From positions 96,001-160,000 of the forward strand of contig CBDEFO010000007.1 of the NCBI GenBank assembly GCA_965237525.1: DNA of 64,000 bases, written 5' to 3'. The translations under genes and the position numbers were made by a program. This DNA is from Candidatus Latescibacterota bacterium (GTDB taxonomy: Bacteria; Latescibacterota; CBDEFO01). Below, in pieces: positions 37,794-49,863 of this stretch. Numbering within the stretch: the first letter of the stretch is position 1; each line of letters opens with the position of its first letter. The notes beneath the pieces were generated by a model. That model saw nothing but the letters and a program-made list of their open reading frames with translations. It was not told the origin of the DNA and did not search any database.

Positions 37794-37831
37794 AAATAAA
37801 AACCCCGACTTCCTCTTTCAAGGAGCCGGGG
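37794..37831 (-). terminator. Intrinsic terminator, probable expression platform of the riboswitch
   Basis: CCCCGGCTCCT-tgaaag-AGGAAGTCGGGG followed by TTTTTATTT, just before the btuB ATG. Confidence 0.65.
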
Positions 37832-37883
37832 CAAGTACACTTATCCCTTTAACCTCCTGCTACCGAGGAAGACCACCGAGGAA

Positions 37884-38054
37884 CAGGTTCAGGCAGGTTT
37901 TCTGGCTCCCGGATACAGACCTACTCTCCGCGCCTTCCCACTCACAAAAAAAGCAGTGGCAAATAATGCGGCTTTCGTCTCCGGTCACAGCGGCGGGCCC
38001 GCGACGGACTTTCACCGTCTTCCCTATTATGTCCAAAGGACCACCTGAACCGAC
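37884..38054 (-). promoter_or_regulatory. Cobalamin riboswitch
   Basis: Minus strand reads CAGGTG...AATAGGGAA-GACGGTGAAAGTCCGTC-CCCGCCGCTGT...GCCACTG...GGGAAGG...AGCCAGAAAACCTGCC (B12 box). Confidence 0.95.
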
Positions 38055-38144
38055 AATATTCAGTTTTCGAAGTCGATACAAGTTATATCTTTTGGCCTGA
38101 TAAGTCAAGAGATTTTTTTGATTTTCCCCTTTTTTCTTTTGTAC

Positions 38145-38173
38145 TTGACTTTTCAGGAACGATGCACTATTAT
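38145..38173 (+). promoter_or_regulatory. Putative sigma70 promoter for lytS/lytTR
   Basis: TTGACT-N17-TATTAT. A divergent TTGACT-N17-TAACTT (38108-38080) precedes the riboswitch. Confidence 0.5.
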
Positions 38174-38257
38174 AATACGTTGCTTACTGTGGCATAAGCT
38201 ACGACAGGTCAATATATAAGACATAATAAGACTTCCATTTTCTCTTCAAGGACAACT

Positions 38258-39664
38258 ATGGAGACAGGATTAAGTCCAGATCAGTTGTTACTGGTGACAC
38301 TGCTTCTGAGAATAGGCGTAATAGCTAGTTTAGCCGGGGCACTTCTGAAGATGCAGTGGTTTAAACGGATACTCTTTAAGGAAAACAAGAGCCTCACGGA
38401 TCAGCTTAAGTTTACAGGGCTGTTAAGCGTCCTTTTAGCCTTCGGGGTAGGAGTCAGGATCGTGGTCGGCTATCAGTCCGGGTCCGGGGATCTGAGCCTG
38501 GTTGGGACCCTTCTAATCGGCCTTATGGCCGGATTGTGGTCAGGAGTTGCAGCGGGCTGTACGGCAGGCCTTGTGGCGGCTTTCCTCCCGCCCGCTATCG
38601 GACCGGGCTCAAGTGAGATTTTGGCCATCCCGATGGGCATCCTCTACGGCCTTACAGGCGGCTCTATAAGGAAATTCAGCGACGATAAAGAAGAGATATG
38701 GAACTTTTCCCCGTTGGTGTTCCGTAGCCTCTGGAAATTCTTGAAGTCGGGCTTTAAGACCGTGGATCGGAAAATCACCATCTTTGCATCCTGCGTATTC
38801 CTCGAACTTTTGAGGATGTCTACACAGAGCCACTGGGATGAGCGGATCTTCAGCTTCTCAACTTTCAGCGATGACCTTCCTATCATCTTGTGCGTTCTGT
38901 TGACCACTGTTTCGTGTCTGGGTGTTTCCCTTAATATATGGAATAGCTCCCGCCGCGAACTCCTGCTCGAACAGCAAAAGGCCCTAACTTCTGCGCAGGC
39001 AGTGCTGCTTATGGAAGCCAGATTTGAAGCCCTCAAGAATCAGATTAACCCGCATTTTCTCTTCAACACACTTAACTCCATCAAATCTTCTATAAGGTCG
39101 AACCCTCAAGCAGCGGGCCTTATAGTCCTTAAACTCTCAAGTATACTCAGAAGAATTCTGAACTCAGACACGGACTTTGTGCCGCTCAAAGAGGAATTAG
39201 ACTTAATAGATGCGTATCTGGACATAGAGACCATAAGGTTCGGAGATGACAAGCTGAAGGTCGTAAAGGCGATCCAACCAGACGTCTTAAATGCCGTAAT
39301 ACCGACTATGGCGCTCCAGCCTATTGTAGAAAACTCCGTAAAACACGGAATATCACCCAAAATTGAGGGAGGAACAATAAAGATCTCCGCATGGAGAGAA
39401 AACGGCAAAGTGCTCGTCTCAATAGAAGACGACGGACCTGGGATCTCCCAGGAAAGATTGCCGGGAGTCCTAAAGACAGGAATCGGGATCAGCAACGTCA
39501 ATGAGAGGCTCAAGCTCGCCTTCGGAGAGGAGTGCCAGCTGGAGGTGGTAAGCCGACAGGGAGCCGGAACGCAGGTGGTAATGTGGGTTCCGGAGGATAA
39601 AGGGAAAGTTGAATATAACCAGGAGATGATGAGCGTTGGAGATAAGGACGATAGTAGTCGATGA
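38258..39664 (+). CDS. LytS/YehU family membrane sensor histidine kinase
   Basis: Multiple TM segments; QINPHFLFNTLN, LQPIVENSVKHG, DDGPG and GIGISNV. Confidence 0.92.
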   Translation: METGLSPDQLLLVTLLLRIGVIASLAGALLKMQWFKRILFKENKSLTDQLKFTGLLSVLLAFGVGVRIVVGYQSGSGDLSLVGTLLIGLMAGLWSGVAAGCTAGLVAAFLPPAIGPGSSEILAIPMGILYGLTGGSIRKFSDDKEEIWNFSPLVFRSLWKFLKSGFKTVDRKITIFASCVFLELLRMSTQSHWDERIFSFSTFSDDLPIILCVLLTTVSCLGVSLNIWNSSRRELLLEQQKALTSAQAVLLMEARFEALKNQINPHFLFNTLNSIKSSIRSNPQAAGLIVLKLSSILRRILNSDTDFVPLKEELDLIDAYLDIETIRFGDDKLKVVKAIQPDVLNAVIPTMALQPIVENSVKHGISPKIEGGTIKISAWRENGKVLVSIEDDGPGISQERLPGVLKTGIGISNVNERLKLAFGEECQLEVVSRQGAGTQVVMWVPEDKGKVEYNQEMMSVGDKDDSSR

Positions 39665-40424
39665 TGAGAAGTTAGCAAGGGACGAACTCTGCTATCTCCT
39701 CAAGTCCATCCCCGATATTAAGGTCGTGGGACAGGCTACCAACGGGATCGAGACATTAGAACTTATCCGGGAACTCCAGCCCGATCTGGTATTTCTGGAC
39801 ATCCAGATGCCTGGTGGTAACGGATTGAGTGTGGTGGAGGAATTGGAGCTTTCCAAGGACGCGCCCTATGTAATCTTCGTCACAGCCTACGACGAATACG
39901 CCCTGAAAGCCTTCGAAGTCAACGCTATAGACTATCTTTTAAAGCCCATAGTGGACAAGGAAAGACTCCAGCAATCCATAGGGAGGGTCAAGGACCAGAT
40001 GGGCCAGATAGACTACATGTCCGAAAAGATCATCAGTCTTGTCAACTCACTGAGGGATAAGGAGGCCTTATCCCTGAAGAGTCATTACCTCCCCCGGCTG
40101 TCCGTAAATATGGGGGGACATCTTATGGTGATAGACGTGGATAAGATCATCTATACCCAAGTTCTGGATGGAATAGTGAACGCCGTTACCGAGGATGGAG
40201 AAGGGACAACAGGCTATCGGACTCTGGACGAACTCGAATCGGCTCTGGATCCGACCAAGTTCTGGAGGGTGCACAGAAGTTACGTTGCCAACATAAATAA
40301 AATAGAAGAGATCATACCCTGGTTTAGCGGTACGCATCAGCTCAAGATGTCCGATAAGGATAAGTCCCGCATCCCCTTGAGCCGCGCGCAGTCCAGAAGG
40401 CTCAGGAAATTCCTTAAATGGTAG
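39636..40424 (+). CDS. LytTR family response regulator
   Basis: VVDDE, FLDIQMP, FVTAY, YLLKP, FWRVHRSY and IPLSR. Confidence 0.93.
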   Translation: MEIRTIVVDDEKLARDELCYLLKSIPDIKVVGQATNGIETLELIRELQPDLVFLDIQMPGGNGLSVVEELELSKDAPYVIFVTAYDEYALKAFEVNAIDYLLKPIVDKERLQQSIGRVKDQMGQIDYMSEKIISLVNSLRDKEALSLKSHYLPRLSVNMGGHLMVIDVDKIIYTQVLDGIVNAVTEDGEGTTGYRTLDELESALDPTKFWRVHRSYVANINKIEEIIPWFSGTHQLKMSDKDKSRIPLSRAQSRRLRKFLKW

Positions 40425-40450
40425 TAGGGGCGAGGTTACCTCGCCCCTAC
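40424..40450. repeat. GTAG-type REP palindrome between convergent genes
   Basis: GTAGGGGCGAGG-TTA-CCTCGCCCCTAC, a perfect 12-bp stem. Confidence 0.75.
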
Positions 40451-40453
40451 ATT

Positions 40454-42045
40454 TTAACGAAGGAGGATCATCTTCCTGGAAGCTTCGAAGCCCCCCAAGA
40501 CTAATCTGTAGATGTAGACGCCGCTTGCGACTTTGTTGCCTCTTTCATCTTTCCCGTCCCATATGACAGAATGTCCGCCCACTCCTTGATTTTCCTCTAT
40601 CAGTGTTCTTATCCTCTGTCCATCTGTATTGTAAACGTAAAGACGCACTCTGCCAGATTCCGTAAGATCATAGCGAATTGTTGTCTGGGGGTTGAAAGGA
40701 TTGGGATAGTTCTGAAATAGTCTATGCTCATAAGGAAGCATCCCTTCATAAAGCAGAAGATGAACCTCTATATCTCCTTCGTTGAAACGGGCGCCAGATA
40801 AAGATATGCCACTTATGTCGTGCTCGTCATTCTGGTCTTCCACCGTTATCCACGCTATAACTCTCCTACCCTCTAATGACCAAGGCCCTGCAAAGGCTAT
40901 CTTGATGTTGCCGTCATCTACACGACTCTCCATCAAAAATTCACCACCCAAGTCGCCCTTTACCACTTCTAAAACCCTGAAAGCTGTCCCGTCCAACGAT
41001 ACCGAAATCTCCGCGCCCAATATCCCCTCCATATCATCTATGATAATAGGGATCGAAACGCTCTTGCCGTCTTTTTCGGATTCACCGAGGCCGATCGATT
41101 TAACCCAAAAGAGGGGCTTGACTACACCTCCCTCTTCCACGGGAAACCTGTCTATAAGACCGACTACAAACCTTAGTATATAGGCCGCATCGAGCGAGCT
41201 TATCCCTCCTTTGCCCGTGACATCTGCCGCTATAGAGTCCCGTCCTGCAAGGAACAAGGACCCCACTGCGTGCCTCAAGACTAAAGAGGCATCGAACGCT
41301 GTCACTCTGTTATTGTGGCTGGCATCTCCAAACCTAACCAACCCCCTTCCCTTAAGCTCCACATCCAACACGGCAGACACCGGGTCACCGCTGTGAACCC
41401 TAATCACAGAAGCAAATACGCCCGGATCAGGCGGCTTAAATCTTATTCTGGCTGTTACGCTTCCGCCCGGAGGTAGGACACCCGGAACTGCAGGGGATAC
41501 TGAGACGATAGAAAAAGGAGATGGTAAGAGGACCAGACTGTCTAAGGAACGGTCTTCTGTTCCAAAGTTGGATATAATCAGGTTCAAATCCAGAGAATCG
41601 CGCTCTGTCACGCCTCCGAAGTCCAGAGAGTCGGGAAACACTCCCACACCTCCCCCTGACGGAAGATCCACCTGGAATATTCCACCCGGATTACCAACCC
41701 GCCACGAACTTTCAGGAGGTGTGACACCGGCAAATTCACCGTTTACGTAAAAGCTGATGAGATCGCCATCGACCGCTCCCTCATCTATATCGGGAGTCGT
41801 AGGATCCCCCCGTAGACGTGCAAAAAGCCGTAGAATCCCTCCTGCACCACTACAAAGCGTCCGCAGAGAACACTGTCCGGATCGAGCGCCTCGATGACCG
41901 ATCCTACGGAGATGGGAGACGTAGCTACATTGCTGTTGTCGCTGAAGTAGTCCGTCCACCTGTCCGTCTTTGCAAAATCACCAGCGAGCGATGATAAGGG
42001 AACAAGAAAAGCTATAATCACCATGGAAGCTGTAAAAAGACGCAT
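40454..42045 (-). pseudogene. Secreted protein: DPDG-type Ig-like module, ASH/Ig domain, dockerin, cohesin, FlgD-Ig/T9SS tail; frameshift in a G6 run at 41806-41811
   Basis: ORF 41785-42045 (signal peptide) joins ORF 40454-41959 to restore VYG-DPTTPDIDEGA. Dockerin repeats GDASHNNRVTAFDA and ADVTGKGGISSLDA. Confidence 0.75.
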
Positions 42046-42070
42046 ATTGGACCTTTCAAGGACGGTAGTT

Positions 42071-42250
42071 AGTAGACAGGTGAGATTGCTTCGTCAGACA
42101 GGAATGTCTGACCCACCGGGTGGTTGGTAGGACAGACATTCCTGTCTGTCCTACTGAAGGCAAAAGCCAAACAGCGTCATTGTCATTGCGAGCGAAGCGA
42201 AGCAATCTCGTAGACAGTAGTCAAGAAGAAGCAGAGATGCCCTGTCTACT
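42071..42250. repeat. Composite nested REP-like palindrome cluster
   Basis: AGTAGACAGG...CCTGTCTACT outer pair; GAGATTGCTTCG...TGTCATTGCGAGCGAAGCGAAGCAATCTC; GTCAGACAGGAATGTCTGAC and GTAGGACAGACATTCCTGTCTGTCCTAC. Confidence 0.65.
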
Positions 42251-42256
42251 GTCTAT

Positions 42257-45200
42257 TTATTTGATGAGTATCATTTTGCGGACCTTCGTAAATTCCCCGG
42301 CTTCCATCTTGTAGACGTAGACGCCGCTGGCCGCTACCCTACCTTTGCTGTCCCGGCCGTTCCATACAGCCGAGTAGAATCCGGCTTCCTTTTGTTCATC
42401 AACAAGCACTTTTATCTCCTGTCGCGACACGCTATAGACTGTGATCACCACTTCGCCTGCTTTAGGAACCTGGTATTCTATAGTCGTCTCCGGGTTGAAC
42501 GGATTCGGGAAGTTCTGATAGAGGTCGTATGCCCTGGGTGCCCGCGATTCGCCGAGAGCATGGCCGGCGCCTTCGAACACTATGTCGAGCCTGTTTATCT
42601 CGCCCCCTGAAGACCATCTCACTTTCTCATCCTCCGTCTTTGCAATCAAACGCCCATCAAAATAGAAGCTTATGACATCTCCGGGCTCTGCTCCTTCGTC
42701 TATCGATGTGCTCGGATCGTCGCCGTAGACAGGCATGAAGCCGAAGAGACCGTCATTGTCTACCACAAACACTCCAGCCTTTACCCCATCAGGATCGTAG
42801 GCCTCTATAATGGACCCTGCGGGAAGATCGGATCCGTTCATAGTTACAGATCCGTAGTAATCAGCCCACCAGACGGTGGGATTGACCCCCTCAGGTTGAT
42901 ATGCTATAATATGCGGATCGGGAAGAAACTTCTCCGAGGGAGCACCTTTGATCCGATAGTTGAGAGCAGTAGGCGCTATTGTCCTTATGAAATATCCCAG
43001 GTTATTTTTCATAAGAGTAAGATCGTTGAACGGGCTTCCGGGGACAAATGTCATAGCGCCATCGTCGAACCCGCTAACCACTCCGATCAGACCTATTATC
43101 GAAGACAGCGCCGACTCTGTGGAATCAGGAGTCTCAGGGAGATAGCTTAGAGAGTTCCATCCCGAAGCAAGAGAGAGGAACGTATCGTCGTATATCTTCT
43201 GGCCCTGTACGGTCAGAAGAGCCGTCGTATCCATCTTGACCCAGTATCCGTGCAGACCGTCCATAGAGGTCAACGTGTTGAACAGATCCATACCCGGAAC
43301 GTAGGTCCGTCCTGATCCTGCGAAGCCCCTGACCAAATTGAACTTGCCGTCTATCGTGGAAAGGACCGCCGACACGGACTTGTCCGGGGGATCGACGTTG
43401 AACGAAATCAGGTTGAATCCGCTCCTTAATGTCATCGTATCCCGTCTTGCGGCGGAAAGGTCGACTTGCTCTATAGCCCCGTCCTCCCTCCACACTGGGT
43501 CACCGGACACGACTGTCGCTATAAAGTCGTTGACGTAGAAGCTCAATGTGTCTCCGGGCTCTGCTCCCTCATCCTCAGGCGTGGTAATGTCGTCCCTGTA
43601 GACCGGCATGAAACCGTATGAACTGTCCGCCCTTACGGTAAAGGTACCAGCGACCACACCGTCAGGATCGCGGACAGACACGACGTCGCCGATCTGTATC
43701 GGTTGGCCGGCATAGAAGGAGTTCGGACTCCAGAAGTCCACCCACTGGCTGGTCGGTGCAATCTTATGGACTCCATGCATTGTAATATTCGCCCAGGCGT
43801 CCGGAACGACCTGGTCTCTTGTAAGGCTCGGGAAGAACCCATCGGCGTACGCTCTCAGGTCGTAATTACCTGTAGATAAGCCGTAGAACGCATAGAGCCC
43901 ATCATCCCCTGCCGTCGTCTCGGTGATTATGTTGCCGCCGCTGTCGAAGGCCTGAATGCTGGCAAAGGGTACAAAAGCAGAACCGAGGGTACCGGACAAT
44001 TGAGACACGGGACGGCCAAAGACATCTTTTACGAGTCCCACAAGCTGTGTAACGCTGGGATCCAGGACCCTGAGTATCGCCCTTATTATGATCCGGGGCT
44101 CATCCGGATCGTTTGTATCCAGCACTACATATGCCGTATCTATCGAAGCTGAGGTCATTCCCGTGGCATCGAACGTCACCACCAGGCTCTTCCTCTCATT
44201 GGCGTTCACGATCAGATTGCTCGCAACGGAGAGCCACGTCACGTCTGTAGGCGTGGGCGGCAGAGTATCTGCCTCGCTTATGGTCAGCACAAGCGACCCG
44301 ACGCCACTATTCTGGATCCCGAACGCCCTGTTGCCCGTCAGGTTCTCAGGCAGCGATAAAACCAACTCAGACACGTTCACAGATAGTTCCGGCCGCTCGG
44401 TGACTATGAGCTTTCCGGCCTTTTTCACACTGTATCCGTTCGTCCCTCCAGAGCCTATGTCGTTACCGTCCGTATCGGCGAAGATCCAGTTGACTCCGCC
44501 GTTTATGGAGAACCTGAAGGCGAAATCTAAAGTTCCTAAAGTCCCGACGTTCAAGATTCCGAAATAGACATCTCTGTTCCCCGAATCGCCCAGGTAAGTG
44601 GCCGTCACGGGCCATGTCCAGGAGGAATCTCTCGGCGGGACACCGTCTGGACCGTAGCCTAACTGAGCCATCAAGCCCGCACCCTGGCCGGTAGCCTCAG
44701 TTATCCCCGGCTCAAAGACAGAGCCCTGAATCCTTCCGGTGGGGTTCCCGACCGCAGCGGAAGCAACATTCGGGAAATCTATCGTTGCAAAATCCACAAT
44801 AGCCGTAGCCGCAGGATCTTCCCTGACCTGTATATTATCTATAAGCCAACGATCGGTGTAATAGCTCCTATTTACATAAAACCTTATGCGTATCTTCTGG
44901 TTTATGTAACTGGCTAAACTCAACTTCTTCTCTGTCCAACCCGTACTGGTCGTAGTGCTAAATAAAGTAGCCCAATTGAGACCGCCGTCCTGCGATATCT
45001 GAACATAGTAGGTTGCACCATAGCGATTGATAGAATGCCTAAAGACTAACTGAGGGTTTTGCGTCCCTGTTAAATCTATCTCATTTGCTAAGGTCATACG
45101 CGCAAATGTGCGGTAGACACCGGACGAACTGTGATTCTGAGTCCTGGGTCTGGAGTTCCAATGTTGACTTCCGTCAAAGCTACCTCTTTCTATCAATTCG

Positions 45201-45564
45201 AATGTGGACGATTGCCAGTACATATTTGTGATCGTGTCGTCGTTCGTATCGTCAACGAACGGCAACCCACCCAACGGGCCTGTGGTAGTCTCCTCTAACC
45301 TTATTTCGTCTATGAACCATCCGTTCCCAACTGTGGCATCGCCATCTGGCCACAGCCAGAATTGAACGAGTATCTCCCGCCCTCTCCAGGGAGTCAGGTC
45401 TATCTTCTCCTGGACCCAATCGCTGGACCCAGTTGCCGTATACAGGTTGGTCCAGCTCGACCCGGAATTGGACGAGACGCGAACGTAGACAAAATCCCCC
45501 TGATTGCCGGAGGTAGCCTGCTCAAGACTATACTTTTGCCAGAAGCTCAACTGCGGCTTGTTAG
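42257..45564 (-). pseudogene. Giant surface protein, 3' fragment (jelly-roll repeats, Ig-like domains, two DPDGV modules, FlgD-Ig/T9SS tail)
   Basis: ORF 42257-45550 continues the repeat interrupted by IS copy 2 and ends QNFPNPFNPET...KMILIK. Confidence 0.85.
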
Positions 45565-47083
45565 AAGCCTTGTGAAATAGTTATGTCCCAGGCAGCGTCT
45601 GAAGCGCTGATTATGGGTCAAAGAGTAGCATATCGTATCGTTTTGCTGTGGAATAAGCAAAATAGTCTTATCAGAGTTCTGGTCAGCAAGGAACAGGAGC
45701 TGTTTGAAGAACAGGATGCACTGTCTTTGACAGGCAGGGCACACATAGACGCTTTCCCCCTTCTTATGAAAGATACAAGCCTCTTGAGATTCTGTACTGT
45801 TGCAACAAGATTCAACTGTTCATTCAGTGAGGCTGGTCCTCTGTAACGGGCTCGTCCCATACCGTGTTGTTGCCTGGCTTCAGCAAAGATATGTTCACTG
45901 CGTTTACGGAGTCTCCGGGAGAGTTTGTAGTCAGCTGTTAATGAGATAGACCGTGCATGATTTCTGGCTTTCGCCTCTCGCACTTTTCTATCCCGTTCGG
46001 CCTGAATATGTGCTGGATTTGTCTTGTTTTTCCATGTAGGAATCGGTTCAATCTTCTCATCGGCTCGCAGAGGAATATGGGGTATGATTCCCCGGTCAAG
46101 TACATCAGCGATAAAATTACCAGAACCGTAACCGGTATCGGCACTAAGTGTCTGAATGTCTTTGGGCATGGTGTATGTTTCAAGGTCATCTACCATCTTA
46201 AGGGCACTTTCGGGCTCTGCTGTCCCTGTCGCCTGCGTGCCCTGAGTCTCAAGGATTACTCTGCTTTTTGTGTCGATCAGATCATGGCCCATAAACGAGA
46301 GAAAAGCCCCTTTGCCCTTCGATTTGCTGTATAAGCGCGCGTCGGGGTCTGTAGTCGAACGGTGTGTTTGGTTCGTCCACTTTTCACCATGAAAGTCTTT
46401 ATCCTGAGGATGCCCGGACCTACCCTTTGTCTTATCACCTTCAAAACCGATTCCCTTGAGATAATCATCAAGAGAAACAGGGGGTTCTATCGGCTCAATA
46501 CTTTTCACTGAAGCATCAGCTTGTATCTGAGTGCCGTCGACACTAAGGTGTTTACCGCTCACAAGACCGACATCTATGCAACACTGGACTACCTGACGCA
46601 TTATCCGTTCAAACAACCCACTGGATGCCCACTTGTGATTGCGAAGCTTGTTGATCGTGCTCCTATCCGGAACCGCATCATCAAATGTCTGATGACAAAA
46701 CAACCGATATGCCGCATGCATCCCCACTTCCTGACAGAGCCGATTCTCACTCAAATTATACAGATAGCCAATAAGGATCATTCGAACAACTAATTCAGGA
46801 TCAATACCGGGTCTGCCATTGTCAGGGCAATAACAATCTGATACAACGTCTCGTACAAATGAAAAATCAACTGCCTCATCAATCTGACGAAGGATATGAT
46901 CCTCGGGAACTAAATCCTCCATCTGAAAATAGTGAAACATCGGATTTGTCTGTTCCTGCTCTTGTGGGGTCATTGTTTCCTCCATGTATAATATTATCAA
47001 TAACATAATATAATACATCGGAGCTGCTTTATCAATGCTTGTTCTATACTACTTTCTGAATCTAAGGGTTTTTCACAAGGCTT
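45565..47083 (-). mobile_element. IS1182-family insertion sequence, copy 2 (1519 bp)
   Basis: Same TIRs; 4-bp TSD TTAG. Removing it restores SINLSLSNKPQLSFW in frame. Confidence 0.95.
45618..47018 (-). CDS. IS1182-family transposase
   Basis: Near-identical to 29914-31314. Confidence 0.92.
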   Translation of the reverse strand: MYYIMLLIILYMEETMTPQEQEQTNPMFHYFQMEDLVPEDHILRQIDEAVDFSFVRDVVSDCYCPDNGRPGIDPELVVRMILIGYLYNLSENRLCQEVGMHAAYRLFCHQTFDDAVPDRSTINKLRNHKWASSGLFERIMRQVVQCCIDVGLVSGKHLSVDGTQIQADASVKSIEPIEPPVSLDDYLKGIGFEGDKTKGRSGHPQDKDFHGEKWTNQTHRSTTDPDARLYSKSKGKGAFLSFMGHDLIDTKSRVILETQGTQATGTAEPESALKMVDDLETYTMPKDIQTLSADTGYGSGNFIADVLDRGIIPHIPLRADEKIEPIPTWKNKTNPAHIQAERDRKVREAKARNHARSISLTADYKLSRRLRKRSEHIFAEARQQHGMGRARYRGPASLNEQLNLVATVQNLKRLVSFIRRGKASMCALPVKDSASCSSNSSCSLLTRTLIRLFCLFHSKTIRYATL

Positions 47084-49863
47084 TTAGATAGCGAAAGATT
47101 TATCGAAAGCGTAAGAGTCTTGCTGGCATTGGTGGCGTAGGATCTCCCGGGGCTGTCGCTCCAGCCGAAGTTGTCGCTGTATGCAGCCTCTCCTGACACC
47201 TCCCAGGGCAGATCCCAATTCCAATTGTCGGGACCTGCCTCCATACCGTCGTAAAACGGATATGAACTCTGACTGGCAAGTAAGTTTGTCCCCGAGACAA
47301 CGTTGCTGCCCAAGGTGACCACATTGGTCGAATCCACCACAAAGACCCGATAATAGTACGTTCCGGAAACAGTGACCGCATCCACAAAACTGGTGTCCGA
47401 AGGATCTACCGAGGAAAATGCCAAAATATTGCTCCTGCTCACAGATGAACTCGTATTCCTTCTGACCTCATAACGCAGAAACTTGGGATCTGGGGACTTG
47501 CTCCAGGTCATCCTGAGACTATGGCGGTCTATCTCAGTCGGTGCCTTTAAAACAACATCCACAGGGGCCTCCCTGATCCATATATTATCCAAAAGCCAGC
47601 GATCGGTGTAATAGCTTCTGTTTACATTAAACCTTATGCGTATCTTCTGATTTAAGTAACCTGACAGATCCAACTGCTGCTGTGTCCAGCCGGTACTTGT
47701 GGTCGAACTAAACAAAGTAGACCAATTGACACCGCTGTCCTGTGATATCTGAACGTAATAGGTCGCGCCGTAGCGATTGATAGAATGCCAGAAGACTAAC
47801 TGAGGATGTTGTGTCCCTGTCAAATCTAGATCATTGGCTAACGTCAAACGTCCCAACGTGCGATAGGTACCGGATGAACTATGATGCTGAGTCCGGGGAC
47901 TGGAGTGCCAGTACTGACTCCCGTCAAAACTCCCGCCTTCTATCAACTCGAATGTGGACGACTGCCAGTACATATTCGTAGTCGTGTCGTCGTTCACATC
48001 GTCAAAAAATGGTATCCCACCCAAGGGACCGGTGGTCGTCTCATCTATCCTTACATCGTCTATGAACCATCCGTCCCCAACTGCGGCATCCCCATCCGCC
48101 CACAGCCAGAATTGGACAAGTACAACCAGTCCCCTCCAGGGAGTCAGGTCTATCTTCTCATGGACCCAATCGCTCGACCCAGATGCCGTATACAGGTTCG
48201 TCCAGCTTGTTCCAGAATTGGACGAAATGCGAACGTAGACAAAATCTCCCTGGTTGGAGGATGTAGCCTGCTCAAGACTATACTTGTGCCAGAGACTCAA
48301 CTGGGGCTTATTCGAACCCTGAAGGTTTATCGGAAGCGTAAGGGTCTTGCTGGCATTGGTCGCATAGAATAGCCCGGGGCTGTCGCTCCAACCGAGACTA
48401 TCGCTGTATGCGGCCCCCTCTGACAGCCCCCAGGGCAGATCCCAATTCCAATTTCCGGAGCCAGCCTCCATACCGTCATAAAACGGATATGAACTGACAT
48501 CAGCCGACGTGTTCGTCCCAGAAACAGTGTTGCTGCCTATACTGACCACATTTGCAGAATCCACCACAAAGATCCGATAATAATACGTCCCGGAAACACT
48601 CGGAATATCTACAAAACTTGTGTCCGAAGGATCAGTAGAGGAAAAGACCAAAGAACTGCTCCTGCTCACAGATGAACTGGTATTCCTTCTAACCTCATAA
48701 CGCAAAAACTTAGGCTCTGGGGACTTGCTCCAGGCCAATCGTAGTCTATGCCGGTCTATCTCCGTAGGAGCCTGAAGAACAACATCCACAGGAGCCTCCC
48801 TGATCCATATATTATCTATAAGCCAACGATCGGTGTAATAGCTTCTATTTACATGAAACCTTATGCGTATCTTCTGGTTTATGTAACTGGCCAAACTCAA
48901 CTGCTTCTGTGTCCAACCGGTACTGCTCGTCGTACTAAACAGAGTAGACCAGTTGAGACCACCATCTTGGGATATCTCAACATAGTAGGTAGCGCCATAC
49001 CGATTGACAGAATTCCAGAAGACTAACTGAGGATTTGTCGTCCCATTCAAATCTATCTCATTTGCCAAGGTCATACTCGCAAATGTACGGTAGACAGCGG
49101 ACGAACTGTGATTCTGAGTCCTGGGACTGGAGTGCCAGTACTGACTCCCGTCGAAGCTCCCGCTTTCTATCAACTCGAATGTGGACGATTGCCAGTACAT
49201 ATTCGTGGTCGTGTCATCGTTCACATCGTCAAAAATGGGCAGTCCTCCCAATGGAGGGGGCTCCGTCTCACCTATACTCACATCGTCTATATGCCATCCG
49301 TCTCCAACTGTGCCATCGCTATCTGCCCAGAGCCAAAATTGGACGAGTATCTCCCTGCCGCTCCAGGGAGTCAAGTCTATCCTCTCCTGGACCCAATTGC
49401 TCGCACCAGTTGCCGTATAAAGGTTCGTCCAGCTTACCCCAGAATTGACCGAAATGCGCACATAGCCAAAATCTCCCTGATTGCCGGAGGTAGCTTGCTC
49501 AAGACTATACTTTTGCCAGAAACTCAACTCGGGCTTGGATGCACCGACCAATGTCATCGGCAATGTTAAGGTAACGCTCGCATTGGTTGCGTAAGAAGTG
49601 CCGGGGCTATCTGTCCAGCTGACACCTCCGCTGTGGGCGTCCTCCGTTGTCTGTGCCCATGTACCGCCCGGCATCCAGGTGCGCGGACCCCTTTCCATAT
49701 CGTCGAAGAACGGATATACTATGACAGTACCTATATCTCCTGCAATCTGAACATTGCTAAATTGTACGTGTGATGCGAAGGTATTCAGAGCCACGCGGGT
49801 CTCCACAAGGGGAGAGTGATCCGTGTCCTCCAAAACCAGCTTGTCGTTTATGTAAAACCTCAA
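47084..49863 (-). pseudogene. Giant surface protein, middle fragment (1227-bp repeats of two MAM/immune-inhibitor-like jelly-rolls + FN3)
   Basis: YPF(F/Y)D(D/G)ME...W(T/S)DSPG...GW.IDDV units recur at 49708, 48481 and 47254. Confidence 0.85.

Noticed and set aside
38193..38232. ATAAGAC direct repeats as a LytTR box
   Set aside because: Too short and AT-rich, and the spacing is not convincing.
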